Assembly: GCA_038231155.1 (NCBI GenBank)
Contig: JBBRLY010000016.1
Span: 21,506 to 85,505 of the forward strand
Length of the DNA: 64,000 nt
DNA from: Candidatus Saccharimonadales bacterium
GTDB taxonomy: Bacteria; Patescibacteriota; Saccharimonadia; Saccharimonadales; JANWIN01
Reading direction: 5' to 3'
The notes below the pieces were generated by a model, which was given only the letters and a program-made list of their open reading frames with translations, had not been told where the DNA came from and did not search any database. The stretch's first letter is position 1, and each line of letters begins with the position of its first letter. Shown in pieces: positions 10,287-20,108 of the stretch. Position numbers and translations under genes: made by a program.

Positions 10287-10894
10287 CTAAGCGATTTCCG
10301 TATTACTCTAAGTTCTTAAATCTTTATCCTATGTCCTACCAAAAACGTTATAAAACCCAAATGTTGCAAACTTTGGCAGATATGATTGATGATCCAAGCA
10401 ATTCAAAAACTAAGATTTGGATGACAGTTGGATTTGATATGCCCATCAGTATTGTTAAACAACAATTAATTTTTACTGGAAATATTATGACTAAAGAAAT
10501 GTCTAGTTATGTTAAGCAAATTGGCCTATTCAGTGCACTTCTCTTATTACCATTCTTTTGCTTGATAGCAATCAATTCAGTAACTGCTAATTCTTTATAT
10601 AATAGTTGGTTTTGGGAACCTCAAGTACTTGCTATATGGCTAATTATTATGCCGGCAATTGCTTTAATAGTTACAACCGCTGCCTTTATATACTTGCTAT
10701 CCAATAAGAAACGGGCTTTTTGGAAAAATATTACAGATGTACGCCGTAACTGGCCGTTGACAATAGTAGCCGTTTTAAGTATTGGTATAATTACCCTGGC
10801 CTTTGGCCATGACTCAGTACACTGCGTTGTTGGTAACCCAGTTAAAGAATTTCGTAACTGGCAAACCACTTGGACTTGTATAAAACAAGGCTAG
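10274..10894 (+). CDS. Multi-pass membrane protein (hypothetical).
   Basis: It contains several hydrophobic helices and overlaps the PadR stop. Confidence 0.4.
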   Translation: MAKLAKRFPYYSKFLNLYPMSYQKRYKTQMLQTLADMIDDPSNSKTKIWMTVGFDMPISIVKQQLIFTGNIMTKEMSSYVKQIGLFSALLLLPFFCLIAINSVTANSLYNSWFWEPQVLAIWLIIMPAIALIVTTAAFIYLLSNKKRAFWKNITDVRRNWPLTIVAVLSIGIITLAFGHDSVHCVVGNPVKEFRNWQTTWTCIKQG

Positions 10895-12288
10895 TTTTGC
10901 AATGTAGCTTTGGTAAGTTGTCGTTTTTTATTTGTTATACCGATTGCTGAAACTAGGCCGCCAATTAATAACAATACAGCCATCGAGATAACGCCCTTGT
11001 GAAAAGCGTTTACACCATGAGCCACCGAACTAGTGGTAAAGGCATCGGCTCCAATAATAAGACCAATAAAGGCAATGGCGATAAGACCAGCTATTCTAGA
11101 CACGGCGTTATTAATAGCTGAGCCCATACCTGCATGCTCAGGCTTAATACCGCCTAGAATGGCACTCGTTAACGGAGCCACCGTCATAGCTAAGCCAAGT
11201 CCAAAAACTATAATAGCTGGGAATATTTGTGTCCAATAGGATATTGGTTGATTTACTCGCATCATCAGTAAAAAGCCAATAGCGCCAACTATTGGGCCAA
11301 CCGCCATAAAAAAGCGCGGACCAAATTTAGCTGACAAACCACCAAATCTGGGTGAAAGCAAGAACATGATAAATGTTACCGGCAAAAAGGTTAATCCGGC
11401 TCGAAAGGCCGAATATTTACCAACTGACTGGACAAAAATTATTAGTAAAAATGTAGCTACTGATAGTCCGGCGTATATGGCAACCGTAGCTATGTTGCCA
11501 ACACTGAAATTCCTGACTTTAAATAATTCCAGTGGTAACATTGGATTTTTGATATTTTTCTCATAAACGATAAAGCCAATCAAAGCGATAAATCCGAAGA
11601 TTAATGGTATAAAGACCATTGGGCTTTGCCAACCGTAGCGAGGCTGTTCAATGAAACTGTATACTGGACCGCCTAGTCCGATAGCGCAAAGTAATGCTCC
11701 GATAATATCGACGTGGGCGTCTGGTGGTAACTTTTCCGGCAGCTTAAGCAATTTTAATAAACCAAGGGTAATTACAATTGGTATTACATTTATACCAAAG
11801 ACCCAGCGCCAGCCGGCGGCATCGACTAAAAATCCACCAATTAATGGACCGATTATAAAAGATATTCCGGTCCAAGCTGTCCAAGTTCCTATAGCTTTGC
11901 CTTGACTCTCACCTTTATAGGAAGAGATTATAATAGCTAGCGAGCTAGGTACTAATAATGCTCCGGCCAGACCTTGGAGGGCTCTGGCAACAATTAAAAA
12001 TACAGTATTTGGTGCAATAGCACATAACACTGACGCTATTAAAAATCCAATTAATCCGGTTGAAAGTACTTTTTTACGACCAAATATATCACTCAGTGAC
12101 CCGGCAATTAAAATAAAGGAGCCCAGGGTTAACAAATAGGCATCAACAATCCATTGTTGGGCAGCTAAACCACCACCTAATTGCTTGGAAATGGCCGGTA
12201 AGGCAACATTTACAACTGAACCGTCTAAGAAAGCTACAAATGAGGCAAGTATACTAATTATAAGTACTAGCCTCAGTTGTTTTCGCAT
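10891..12288 (-). CDS. MFS transporter, DHA2 (EmrB/QacA-like) drug:H+ antiporter family.
   Basis: It has 14-TMS-like hydropathy and the motif LSDIFGRKKV. Confidence 0.8.
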   Translation of the reverse strand: MRKQLRLVLIISILASFVAFLDGSVVNVALPAISKQLGGGLAAQQWIVDAYLLTLGSFILIAGSLSDIFGRKKVLSTGLIGFLIASVLCAIAPNTVFLIVARALQGLAGALLVPSSLAIIISSYKGESQGKAIGTWTAWTGISFIIGPLIGGFLVDAAGWRWVFGINVIPIVITLGLLKLLKLPEKLPPDAHVDIIGALLCAIGLGGPVYSFIEQPRYGWQSPMVFIPLIFGFIALIGFIVYEKNIKNPMLPLELFKVRNFSVGNIATVAIYAGLSVATFLLIIFVQSVGKYSAFRAGLTFLPVTFIMFLLSPRFGGLSAKFGPRFFMAVGPIVGAIGFLLMMRVNQPISYWTQIFPAIIVFGLGLAMTVAPLTSAILGGIKPEHAGMGSAINNAVSRIAGLIAIAFIGLIIGADAFTTSSVAHGVNAFHKGVISMAVLLLIGGLVSAIGITNKKRQLTKATLQN

Positions 12289-12335
12289 AAATATATAATA
12301 TCAGTCATAACCGAAATATTGCTGACAATATGACT

Positions 12336-12560
12336 TTACTGTTTATTGCGGAGTTCGCCGATGGTCTGTTGAGCACGTCTTTCAGCCAAATCAGCATCTT
12401 TAGCTCGACGTTCTAAATTTGAAGCTTCAGCTTCTAGCTGGTTGGCTACCTTTTCTAGATCAGTCGCATTTTTATGCATATTAGCTGCCTGATCTCGGTG
12501 CTGCCGGGCCTGTGTCCGTGCTTGTTGTGCGGTTTGTCTTACCTGATCACCTGCTGCCAC
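12336..12560 (-). CDS. Small charged coiled-coil protein (hypothetical).
   Basis: A 74 aa ORF. Confidence 0.3.
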   Translation of the reverse strand: MAAGDQVRQTAQQARTQARQHRDQAANMHKNATDLEKVANQLEAEASNLERRAKDADLAERRAQQTIGELRNKQ

Positions 12561-12654
12561 ATTAGCTCCTTATCTATTTAGTATACTTACTAAATCAAAC
12601 CTTGATCTAACGAACTATAAGATGTCTAACATATACTAGGGTGTTACTTCGGTA

Positions 12655-13083
12655 TTATTGATTAACTACGCTAAAAGTACCTTGGACTTGATCTTCGGTA
12701 TGATCATGGAAACTAAAATTACCAACCTGGACTAGAGTAACACTTAGACTTTGTCCCTTGGTTAATAGACGTTCGGTCACTCCATCGTAAGCTTGATGGT
12801 CTTCATGTAGTCCAAAAGCTACTAGCCTGGCCTTACCATCGAGGTTAATAATCATGAGGCTATCGCAAAGTGAACCGATAGTATTACCTGATTTAACCTT
12901 ATCGTTTTGGATAATAACTTTATGAGTTTCATGGTTACCGTTGCACTGAATAGTATTAAGACCAGACTTTTTATTAAAGCCGTTTGCTAAATAAATAGAT
13001 TCAGTAACAGTAGCTACAACTGCTATCGTAATAATAGCTATCATTAACTCTGTTTTGAATACCTTATTTTTACGTCTAAGCAT
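12655..13083 (-). CDS. Hypothetical exported protein.
   Basis: An N-terminal signal/anchor helix is present. Confidence 0.35.
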   Translation of the reverse strand: MLRRKNKVFKTELMIAIITIAVVATVTESIYLANGFNKKSGLNTIQCNGNHETHKVIIQNDKVKSGNTIGSLCDSLMIINLDGKARLVAFGLHEDHQAYDGVTERLLTKGQSLSVTLVQVGNFSFHDHTEDQVQGTFSVVNQ

Positions 13084-13159
13084 TAGCTAATATTAGCATG
13101 CATATTTGCATCTAAATTAACTAGTAATTCTAGACATAAGTTGTTATAATATAGGTTAC

Positions 13160-13558
13160 GGGGCTGAATTTTAAGCTCGACGTTGGTCTTTATCGGTTAT
13201 GGATGCAGGTCGCTTGTCAGCGATATAGGCAAACCACGAATAAGTGCAAAATCTTTTCGTAACGTAGTTGCTTCAGTTAATAACTTTGTAAAAAGCTTAA
13301 CTCCAGTAACTGCAACAGCTTTAGCTTAAATTGCTTTAGCCACGCCTAGCGTGACACCAGATAATTCTAGCGCGTGTCATATATCTGGATGCTCAGATTT
13401 GCTTGATCCTACAAATTTGTTAAGACTTTGGATCAAAGATACATGACTTTTTGGTCATTTACCGGCCACGTATCTTACAGTTAAATGACCTATACCTGTA
13501 GAAGCCTAACCAAGATAAACTAGCGGACCCGGAGGGCGGTTCTCCGGCAGCTCCACCA
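13160..13558 (+). ncRNA. ssrA: tmRNA (ssrA).
   Basis: The 5' end GGGGCTGAATTTTAAGCTCGACG and the 3' tRNA-like end GGACCCGGAGGGCGGTTCTCCGGCAGCTCCACCA match the tmRNA acceptor and T-arm. An internal tag reading frame ends ...TATALA-TAA. Confidence 0.8.
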
Positions 13559-13564
13559 AATTTA

Positions 13565-14041
13565 CTATAACTTTTTCTCTATTGGCTCGTATTGAGCCAT
13601 AATTTTTTTAGCCCAAATCAAAGCATCTTTTGCTCTTATACCACTTGGCTGTGGTTTTATCCACAATTCCAAATTATTAATTGAATTATCAAATCTAACT
13701 CCATTCTTGTGGTGAATTGACTCTCCTTTTGTTAAGTATCTGCCTAAATACTTTTCCATAATAAGAATATGTTCAAATACATAATTACCTTTACTACCAT
13801 GCGAACGAGGATGCCCTTTTTGAAATACCATAACATAGCCATTCTTTAAATAACTGCCAGTTCCGTACTCTGGTTTTAATAAGCTTGTACAATGTCTACA
13901 ATTTTTATATTTCGGTGAGTGGTAATTAATTTTACATGAATAACATAGAACCGTTTTGCTCGAATGATATCTACAACTGGGGCAGCTTTTGTGATTACTA
14001 CTAGGCTGAAATTCCTTGTTACAAGTAGAACAAATACGCAT
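13565..14041 (-). CDS. HNH homing-type endonuclease (HNH_3-like) with an N-terminal Cys-rich zinc-finger region.
   Basis: The motif HHKNGVRFDNSINNLEL and multiple CxxC pairs are present. The gene ends 7 nt after the tmRNA 3' end. Confidence 0.7.
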   Translation of the reverse strand: MRICSTCNKEFQPSSNHKSCPSCRYHSSKTVLCYSCKINYHSPKYKNCRHCTSLLKPEYGTGSYLKNGYVMVFQKGHPRSHGSKGNYVFEHILIMEKYLGRYLTKGESIHHKNGVRFDNSINNLELWIKPQPSGIRAKDALIWAKKIMAQYEPIEKKL

Positions 14042-14137
14042 GGATGCGATTATAAATTAAATTTGGAATACTCACCAGCTCCACTCCCCCTAAACCTTAG
14101 TAGTAAATATATTCATCCCAGTGTAGTTGTCTAGTGA

Positions 14138-14749
14138 TTAATAACCGGCTAAAGCCGTAGTCCAATTAGTAGCAATACGTCGTTGGGCTTCCGTCAGTTG
14201 AATTGCCCCAGAACAGACTAGGGAATGCAGTTTATTCTCCACTTTATCCTTAGGGTTAGGGCTAGCACCAGGTTCGGGCCATAAATTTCTAGTATCTTGA
14301 GGCGATCCACCTAATTCCAAACTAATTAAATGGTCATATTCATAATTACTGGAGCTATCAATAAAGCCGTACTGTTGCATACTAACTTTTTTAAGTGTGC
14401 TGGTAATATTAGTAGGGGGACGTACTGTTTTTGTATAACCGCGTACGCAAATGGTCTGGTTAATGTTAGCTTGGGTTACATTTGGGTCAGCCTCGCCTGG
14501 CGTGCAGTTTGGATCTGGCAAATTACTGCTGGCTACATGACACTGCGAATTGGGATTTTCTGTAGCGGTGAGCGCTGAAGACGGCGATGTGGCCTGACTT
14601 GTTCGTGAAGAGTTAGTAGCCACATAAGGTTGAGATTGACCAGAATTTTTTGCTTGATTCATATATAAAACTCCGGTAATAACTACAGCTATAACAAGCA
14701 AGATAAATAAAAATAGCCGGATCTGAGTGCTATTGCTAAGATTTTTCAA
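14138..14749 (-). CDS. Membrane-anchored or secreted protein with a C-terminal HNH-like nuclease motif.
   Basis: It has an N-terminal TM helix and a Ser/Thr/Pro-rich linker. The motif DHLISLELGG...NLWP fits the DH...GG...N HNH core. Confidence 0.45.
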   Translation of the reverse strand: MKNLSNSTQIRLFLFILLVIAVVITGVLYMNQAKNSGQSQPYVATNSSRTSQATSPSSALTATENPNSQCHVASSNLPDPNCTPGEADPNVTQANINQTICVRGYTKTVRPPTNITSTLKKVSMQQYGFIDSSSNYEYDHLISLELGGSPQDTRNLWPEPGASPNPKDKVENKLHSLVCSGAIQLTEAQRRIATNWTTALAGY

Positions 14750-14921
14750 ATTCTATACCACCTTTTGCGTTGTAGCATTTCTAAGTTTATAAATTATCAG
14801 GATTCTTGGGAATTATATAATTTTAGGACATTATCTGAAAACTTATCGTGATGCTACTTTCCGTGTAAGTTAAATATATTATAGATAAATTGTTAAACTA
14901 AGGATTAATATATAAGAAATT

Positions 14922-15668
14922 ATGTCTGAAAACTTATTACCCTTAGTTGCTAGTGATGTTGATGATACCTGGTATGACGGTTTATCAATCTACGATTACG
15001 TAGCTGCCCAGATTGATGATGGCTCGCTGCCAGCACATGCACTGCAGATGTTAGAAGTAACTGATTTAACTGTTGAAGGTTATCGCCAAGCAGAAGATAA
15101 GCACGAAAGTGTCACCAGGAAACTATTGACTGGCTATGCCAAGGTACTTGAAGGAGTACCTTTTATGGATATAAAGAATTCGACTGAGGCTTATATTAAA
15201 AAAACCGATAAATTTTATGGTTTTACTGAGCCGGTTGTAGATATGATGGCTGCTACCCATGACTTAGCCTTTATTACCGGTGAACCGCAATTTGTAGTTG
15301 ATGCTGTAGGTAATCGCTTTGGTACATCCAAGTGCTATGGTAGCCAGTTTGAAGTAGTGGATGGACTGTTTAGTGGCAGATTATTAAGAAGCTTAGCAAC
15401 AAGTAACGAAAGACTTCAAGTAATAGCTTCACTATTGAAAGTCCGCCCAGAAACTGAAGTCTCTGTCGGTTTTGGTGATTCAAATATAGATATTAAATGG
15501 CTGAGCGCCATGTCGCATGCCATTTGTATTAATCCGGCCGCTGAACTGCGAGCTACTGCCCAGGCAGAAAATAAGTCATCAACTAATTGGTACATTATCG
15601 ATGAACCATCACTAGCGATAGATGCCATTACCGGTATATTAGTGCAAGTACAAGCCGGCCGAGTTTAA
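14922..15668 (+). CDS. HAD-superfamily hydrolase (phosphatase-like).
   Basis: Motif I DVDDT and motif III GFGDSNID are present. Confidence 0.55.
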   Translation: MSENLLPLVASDVDDTWYDGLSIYDYVAAQIDDGSLPAHALQMLEVTDLTVEGYRQAEDKHESVTRKLLTGYAKVLEGVPFMDIKNSTEAYIKKTDKFYGFTEPVVDMMAATHDLAFITGEPQFVVDAVGNRFGTSKCYGSQFEVVDGLFSGRLLRSLATSNERLQVIASLLKVRPETEVSVGFGDSNIDIKWLSAMSHAICINPAAELRATAQAENKSSTNWYIIDEPSLAIDAITGILVQVQAGRV

Positions 15669-15681
15669 CTGGTGAGTGCTT

Positions 15682-16998
15682 CTAATGACTAGCAGGTGGT
15701 GCACCTTCGCCCCAATTTTGGTGTAGTAAATGGGCTGGAGCCCGGTAAATTAATAGGAATAGTATTCCACCAGCTAGAGTCGTAAAACCGCCAACTAGAA
15801 TCGGGGTACTTATTCCTATCGTTGCCAGGTATCCGCTTAAAGCTGCCGGTACGGCTTGAGCTAGTGATTGAACTGAAGCATTAATACCCAGCACTTCTCC
15901 CTGAATATTAGAATCAGCACTAATGCTAACTAGAGAAATAGTATTAGCAATTGAATTTCCTAGGAACAAGGCAAATATTGGGGTTATCCAAAGTAAATCG
16001 GTGGTTTTTGTTGCCATAAGAAACAGAAACAGGGTTATACCGGAGCCAATAAAACTAAACCTAAGTACTTGGAAAGGTTTAAGTTTTTTAGCAAGTAGCG
16101 GTGTAAGAACTGCTTGCACAAAGGCAATCCAAATACCTATGTAAGCAAAGAAGTCACCAACGTTGTTTTGGGTGAAGTGAAGCTTATTAATTAGCAAAAC
16201 TTGAAAGAAAGTCTGAAAGAAGGCAAAACCGCCCCAAAACAAAAATACTGAAGGGAAAATAACCCTAAGTCCAGGGTAACTAGCCGCCGTAATGATATTG
16301 TGGACAGATTTTGTAAGTTTAATTTTAACGTGCCGAAGTACTAAGTTTGTTTCTGGTAACAGAGTAATAATTAATCCCAAATTAATGGTACTTAATATGG
16401 CTGTAAACCAAAATGGCGTAGCTGGGTTAAACCAATGTGGGGTGTGAAACAAACCAAAAACACTAATGCCAGAGCTACCCAGCTTGGCGCCCAAATACGG
16501 TCCTAGCACAAAGCCGGTGCCAAATGCGGCACCTATTAGAGCAAAACGTTTAGTCCTATCTTTAGGCGGTGTAACATCAGCGATTACGGCTTGGGCTACA
16601 CTTAAGTTGCCACCAGTTATACCGTCTAAGGCCCGGGCAAAAAATAGCAACGGAATATTACGTTCTATAATTCCGATAGCAAATAAAACATAGCCAATGG
16701 CAGTACCAAAAATGCTAAATCCAAGTATTGGTTTACGCCCAAAGCGATCAGATAATTGTCCTAAAATAGGTGTTGCTAGAAACTGCATCAATGGATAAAT
16801 GGCAACTAGCCAGCCTAGTAGTATTAGCCCGCCTTTAAATGTCCAACCGGCTGGTAGCAAATAAAATGAAGACCGGGGATTAGCTAGTAGCTGTGGAATA
16901 ATCGGTATTAGTACACCGACACCAAGTACATCTATAAAGATAGTCATTAAGACTACTGGTAGTGCTCTTTCTTGATCTATCTTACTAAAAATCGCCAT
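15682..16998 (-). CDS. MFS transporter (DHA1/tetracycline-efflux-like).
   Basis: It has 12-TM hydropathy and the MFS motif GQLSDRFGRKP. Confidence 0.8.
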   Translation of the reverse strand: MAIFSKIDQERALPVVLMTIFIDVLGVGVLIPIIPQLLANPRSSFYLLPAGWTFKGGLILLGWLVAIYPLMQFLATPILGQLSDRFGRKPILGFSIFGTAIGYVLFAIGIIERNIPLLFFARALDGITGGNLSVAQAVIADVTPPKDRTKRFALIGAAFGTGFVLGPYLGAKLGSSGISVFGLFHTPHWFNPATPFWFTAILSTINLGLIITLLPETNLVLRHVKIKLTKSVHNIITAASYPGLRVIFPSVFLFWGGFAFFQTFFQVLLINKLHFTQNNVGDFFAYIGIWIAFVQAVLTPLLAKKLKPFQVLRFSFIGSGITLFLFLMATKTTDLLWITPIFALFLGNSIANTISLVSISADSNIQGEVLGINASVQSLAQAVPAALSGYLATIGISTPILVGGFTTLAGGILFLLIYRAPAHLLHQNWGEGAPPASH

Positions 16999-17018
16999 TG
17001 GTTTAACTCCTACTTATT

Positions 17019-17471
17019 TCATGAATGATGAAAGCCACTTTGCCTATCTAGGCAAATGCTGTCATGCATTATGTTTAATATTTCCTTTAGGGACTGTTGC
17101 TGTTTAGGCGTTAATGTATCAAAAGTTGGTGCATGATAATTATTAAGTATCTGCATAGCTTTTTCAGTCAATTTTTCACCTTTTGTCGTTAAAGTCGTGA
17201 TATGTTCACGTTTATTTTTAGGACTGATACGGGTGGTTAAATATTCTTTATCAAAAAGTAGTTTAATTTGGCGACTAATGCTGGCTTCTGTTTGGCCGAG
17301 TCTGTCAGCTATTTGTTTTTGCTGAATAGACGGGTTCCATCTAAGTACCATCATGATTTTAAATTGGGAAAATCCCAGACCCAATTGTTCTAGGAGAACT
17401 TGATCTGACTGGCGCATTAACATAAACGAAATGTGGTTTAGTAAATAGCCGATATTGTTTGATGGTTTCAT
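17019..17471 (-). CDS. MarR family transcriptional regulator.
   Basis: A MarR wHTH pattern is present, and the gene lies upstream of the MFS pump. Confidence 0.8.
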   Translation of the reverse strand: MKPSNNIGYLLNHISFMLMRQSDQVLLEQLGLGFSQFKIMMVLRWNPSIQQKQIADRLGQTEASISRQIKLLFDKEYLTTRISPKNKREHITTLTTKGEKLTEKAMQILNNYHAPTFDTLTPKQQQSLKEILNIMHDSICLDRQSGFHHS

Positions 17472-17573
17472 TAAAACACCCCGTGCATATATTAAAAGTT
17501 TATACTTATAATACTTAACAAGTCAAGTATTATCATTAATGTGGTTTTATTACAGGGGTTGAGTTGAAAACTT

Positions 17574-18353
17574 CTACGGTTGATTTAGATATAATTTGTG
17601 CCAATCGTTCATCGACAGCTCTTGAGCTCTAGATTGAGGTGAAATATTAGCAATCTGCAGCCACTGACTGACCGGCTCTTTAGATAGTCGCAGGCCACCG
17701 CTTAGGGCATTTAATAAGGTCTTTCGTTTATTGCTAAAACCAGCTTTAGCAATACTTAAATAACGGCGTTCATCAATATTCACGAACAGTGGCTTTTTTC
17801 TAGCCTTGATTATTAAAACTTGTGAATCAACTTTGGGCGACGGCTCAAATAACTTGGCCGGAACTAATTGTCCGAGTGAAACCTGGTAATATAGCCCAAC
17901 GGCAACACTTATTACACTCATCTGACCAGGACTAGCCGCTACCCGCTGGGCCACTTCTTTTTGGATTAATAGGACCGCTATAGCTGGTTTATTGACGGTT
18001 TCGGTTAATAGTCTAAGTAAATTAGCCGTTAAATAATATGGGATGTTGGACACGATTTTATAACCAGCCGGAAGACGCGTTAGATTAAACTGGCGGATAT
18101 CGCCATGCTCAATTGAAGCTTCATGACCAAAGCGATTTTCTAGATCAGGGATTAATGTCTTATCGAACTCTAGAGCAAGTAGTTTTGCTCCACAGCTTAA
18201 AATTAACTGTGTTAAGTTACCAGTTCCGGGTCCAATTTCTAAAACAGTATCGGTTGGTTTAAGATCTGCCGCGTCAACTATCGACTGAAGGACGGATTTA
18301 TCTTTAAGCCAGTGCTGGCCAAATTGTTTTTTAGCCATGAATTCAGGTTTCAT
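17574..18353 (-). CDS. ksgA: 16S rRNA (adenine1518/1519-N6)-dimethyltransferase.
   Basis: The motifs FGQHWL and LEIGPGTGNLT are present. The start is trimmed to an internal Met to avoid overlap with the upstream gene. Confidence 0.85.
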   Translation of the reverse strand: MKPEFMAKKQFGQHWLKDKSVLQSIVDAADLKPTDTVLEIGPGTGNLTQLILSCGAKLLALEFDKTLIPDLENRFGHEASIEHGDIRQFNLTRLPAGYKIVSNIPYYLTANLLRLLTETVNKPAIAVLLIQKEVAQRVAASPGQMSVISVAVGLYYQVSLGQLVPAKLFEPSPKVDSQVLIIKARKKPLFVNIDERRYLSIAKAGFSNKRKTLLNALSGGLRLSKEPVSQWLQIANISPQSRAQELSMNDWHKLYLNQP

Positions 18354-18772
18354 AAATTTAGTAAGTTTAGACCAGTGGTAGGGTCTTGGGAACGTTTTAA
18401 AGCCTCTCCATACCAACGATGCAGTAAAATTTCGCAGGTGCCAGCTACTTCCAGTTCTTTAACATGGCCCCCAAAAGCCTGCATTTGGTCGTTAGAAAAG
18501 CTGCCATGAATATGTAAAATTGGCTGGTCAGCTGTCCAAGCAATGTTACCTTGTAAACCTATAATTTCTAAGGGTTCATCCAACTTTTTCCAGTTATAGA
18601 GTTTTTTAGTTAAGTCGTATGAACCAATCTCTGCCCACATACAAGCACCCAAGCCACTAATCCAGGCTCCACCAATTTTTTGTTGTTTAACTATAGTTTC
18701 TAGCTGCTTTATTAACAGTTCACCTTTTTCTAAGCGTACTAACCAGTTATAGCCGTCAAACCTATATGTCAT
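18350..18772 (-). CDS. PPC/DUF296 domain protein.
   Basis: This is a pattern-based call from the sequence. Confidence 0.45.
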   Translation of the reverse strand: MTYRFDGYNWLVRLEKGELLIKQLETIVKQQKIGGAWISGLGACMWAEIGSYDLTKKLYNWKKLDEPLEIIGLQGNIAWTADQPILHIHGSFSNDQMQAFGGHVKELEVAGTCEILLHRWYGEALKRSQDPTTGLNLLNL

Positions 18773-18808
18773 AGTCCTATTTTAACAGCCCCGGCATTTG
18801 ATCCGGCA

Positions 18809-20098
18809 TTACCAATTGTGATGGGCCAGCCAGTAGTTATAGGCAGCAGACCAACTACCAAATCGGGAATCAGCATAACTAGTCGCCCACTTTAACTGGG
18901 TAACTGAACTGGTTTGCCAGTCACTACCAAAGGCTGACATCTTACTTCCCGGTGTAGCTTGGCCTAAACCATAGCCACGGTCTGCTGGAATATAACTTGG
19001 TGCAAAGCCTGGGCAGGAACCGTAAGCCCCTTGAAGTTTAGTCGGACACCAACCAGATTCATGACTGACAATATAGTTTACGTAAGGATAGTCCGAAGAA
19101 GATATACCAGCGGCAGCCATAACTACTGATTTATCCTCTGGTATATAGACGGCTTTACCACGGGCGATAATTTCCGGAACTGGTTGCTGGGCAATAATTT
19201 CTTGGATTTCTTGGCGCGATTCTTCCTTGCCGTTTTTAATGTTAAGTTGGTAAGTAACTAATTTTTTACCTGGTGAACCTTGCTGTCGTATAGCCGTAGC
19301 ACCAAAGGAAAGCGTTGGGTCTTCAACTATCTGGATCGGTGTTGGGATAACTTCAGTGACGCTTATTATTTGTGTGCCTTGACGTGAAACGACTATCGAA
19401 ATTCCAGCTGTAATTGGTGTTGTAACGGCTGGTTGGACGGTATCGCTTTTAGCGATTTTAACCTTTTTTTCGCTTAGCAGTTCAGCGACAGTTTTTGCGT
19501 GGGTGCGTACCGCCACAGGCGTACCGTATAGATTAAGATAAGCTGGTATGGCCCGATCGATAACAATTTCCCGACCAATACTGGAAGAATGTAGAATTTT
19601 ATCAGGAATTTGAATTTGCAGATTATCTTCAGCATAGACGGTTACACCAGCCTGAGCGGCTATACTACGAGCAGTAGTGGCGGCACTAAAGCTAAAACTT
19701 CTATGACCGCCATCGACAATTGTTACCGGCTGGGCCCGATAGACGTTAACTCGAAAGTTATCTTCTACGATTGCTGAAGACGGGTCTGGCTCAATTACAT
19801 CGCCTTGGTTTAATTTAATGTGTAAGCGATTTAAAAGGTCAGTTACGGTTGTAGCCCGTGTTGGAACGATTTGTTTCTTTTGATTGTCGCTCAAGATTAC
19901 GACATGTGAATCGCCAGCACCAACTGTTTGGCTGCCAAGAGCAACATAACCGACACCGGTTATAGCTAGTAGGACAATTAAAGTTACCACCGGTACAACT
20001 AGTGGATGATTTTTTAAATGTATTAAGCGTCGGCGTTTTGAAAAAACGTATCGGGGTGATAATTTTTTTAAGTTAAATCTTTTTCTGGCTTTAGACAT
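18809..20098 (-). CDS. DUF348 repeat / G5 domain cell-wall-associated protein (YabE/RpfB-like architecture).
   Basis: It has an N-terminal TM helix, repeated DUF348-like segments, and a C-terminal Cys/Trp-rich lysozyme-like tail. Confidence 0.45.
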   Translation of the reverse strand: MSKARKRFNLKKLSPRYVFSKRRRLIHLKNHPLVVPVVTLIVLLAITGVGYVALGSQTVGAGDSHVVILSDNQKKQIVPTRATTVTDLLNRLHIKLNQGDVIEPDPSSAIVEDNFRVNVYRAQPVTIVDGGHRSFSFSAATTARSIAAQAGVTVYAEDNLQIQIPDKILHSSSIGREIVIDRAIPAYLNLYGTPVAVRTHAKTVAELLSEKKVKIAKSDTVQPAVTTPITAGISIVVSRQGTQIISVTEVIPTPIQIVEDPTLSFGATAIRQQGSPGKKLVTYQLNIKNGKEESRQEIQEIIAQQPVPEIIARGKAVYIPEDKSVVMAAAGISSSDYPYVNYIVSHESGWCPTKLQGAYGSCPGFAPSYIPADRGYGLGQATPGSKMSAFGSDWQTSSVTQLKWATSYADSRFGSWSAAYNYWLAHHNW

Positions 20099-20108
20099 AA
20101 TTTAAATA

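Noticed and set aside
13084-13564. A 480-bp noncoding stretch next to the HNH endonuclease, considered as a group I/II intron or island junk.
   Set aside because: The ends match the tmRNA acceptor and T-arm (GGGGCTGA... ...GCAGCTCCACCA) and an internal ...ALA-TAA tag frame is present, so it is called as ssrA instead.
17472-17573. The MarR/ksgA intergenic region was checked for a palindromic MarR box.
   Set aside because: Only weak, short dyads were seen, and nothing convincing enough to annotate.
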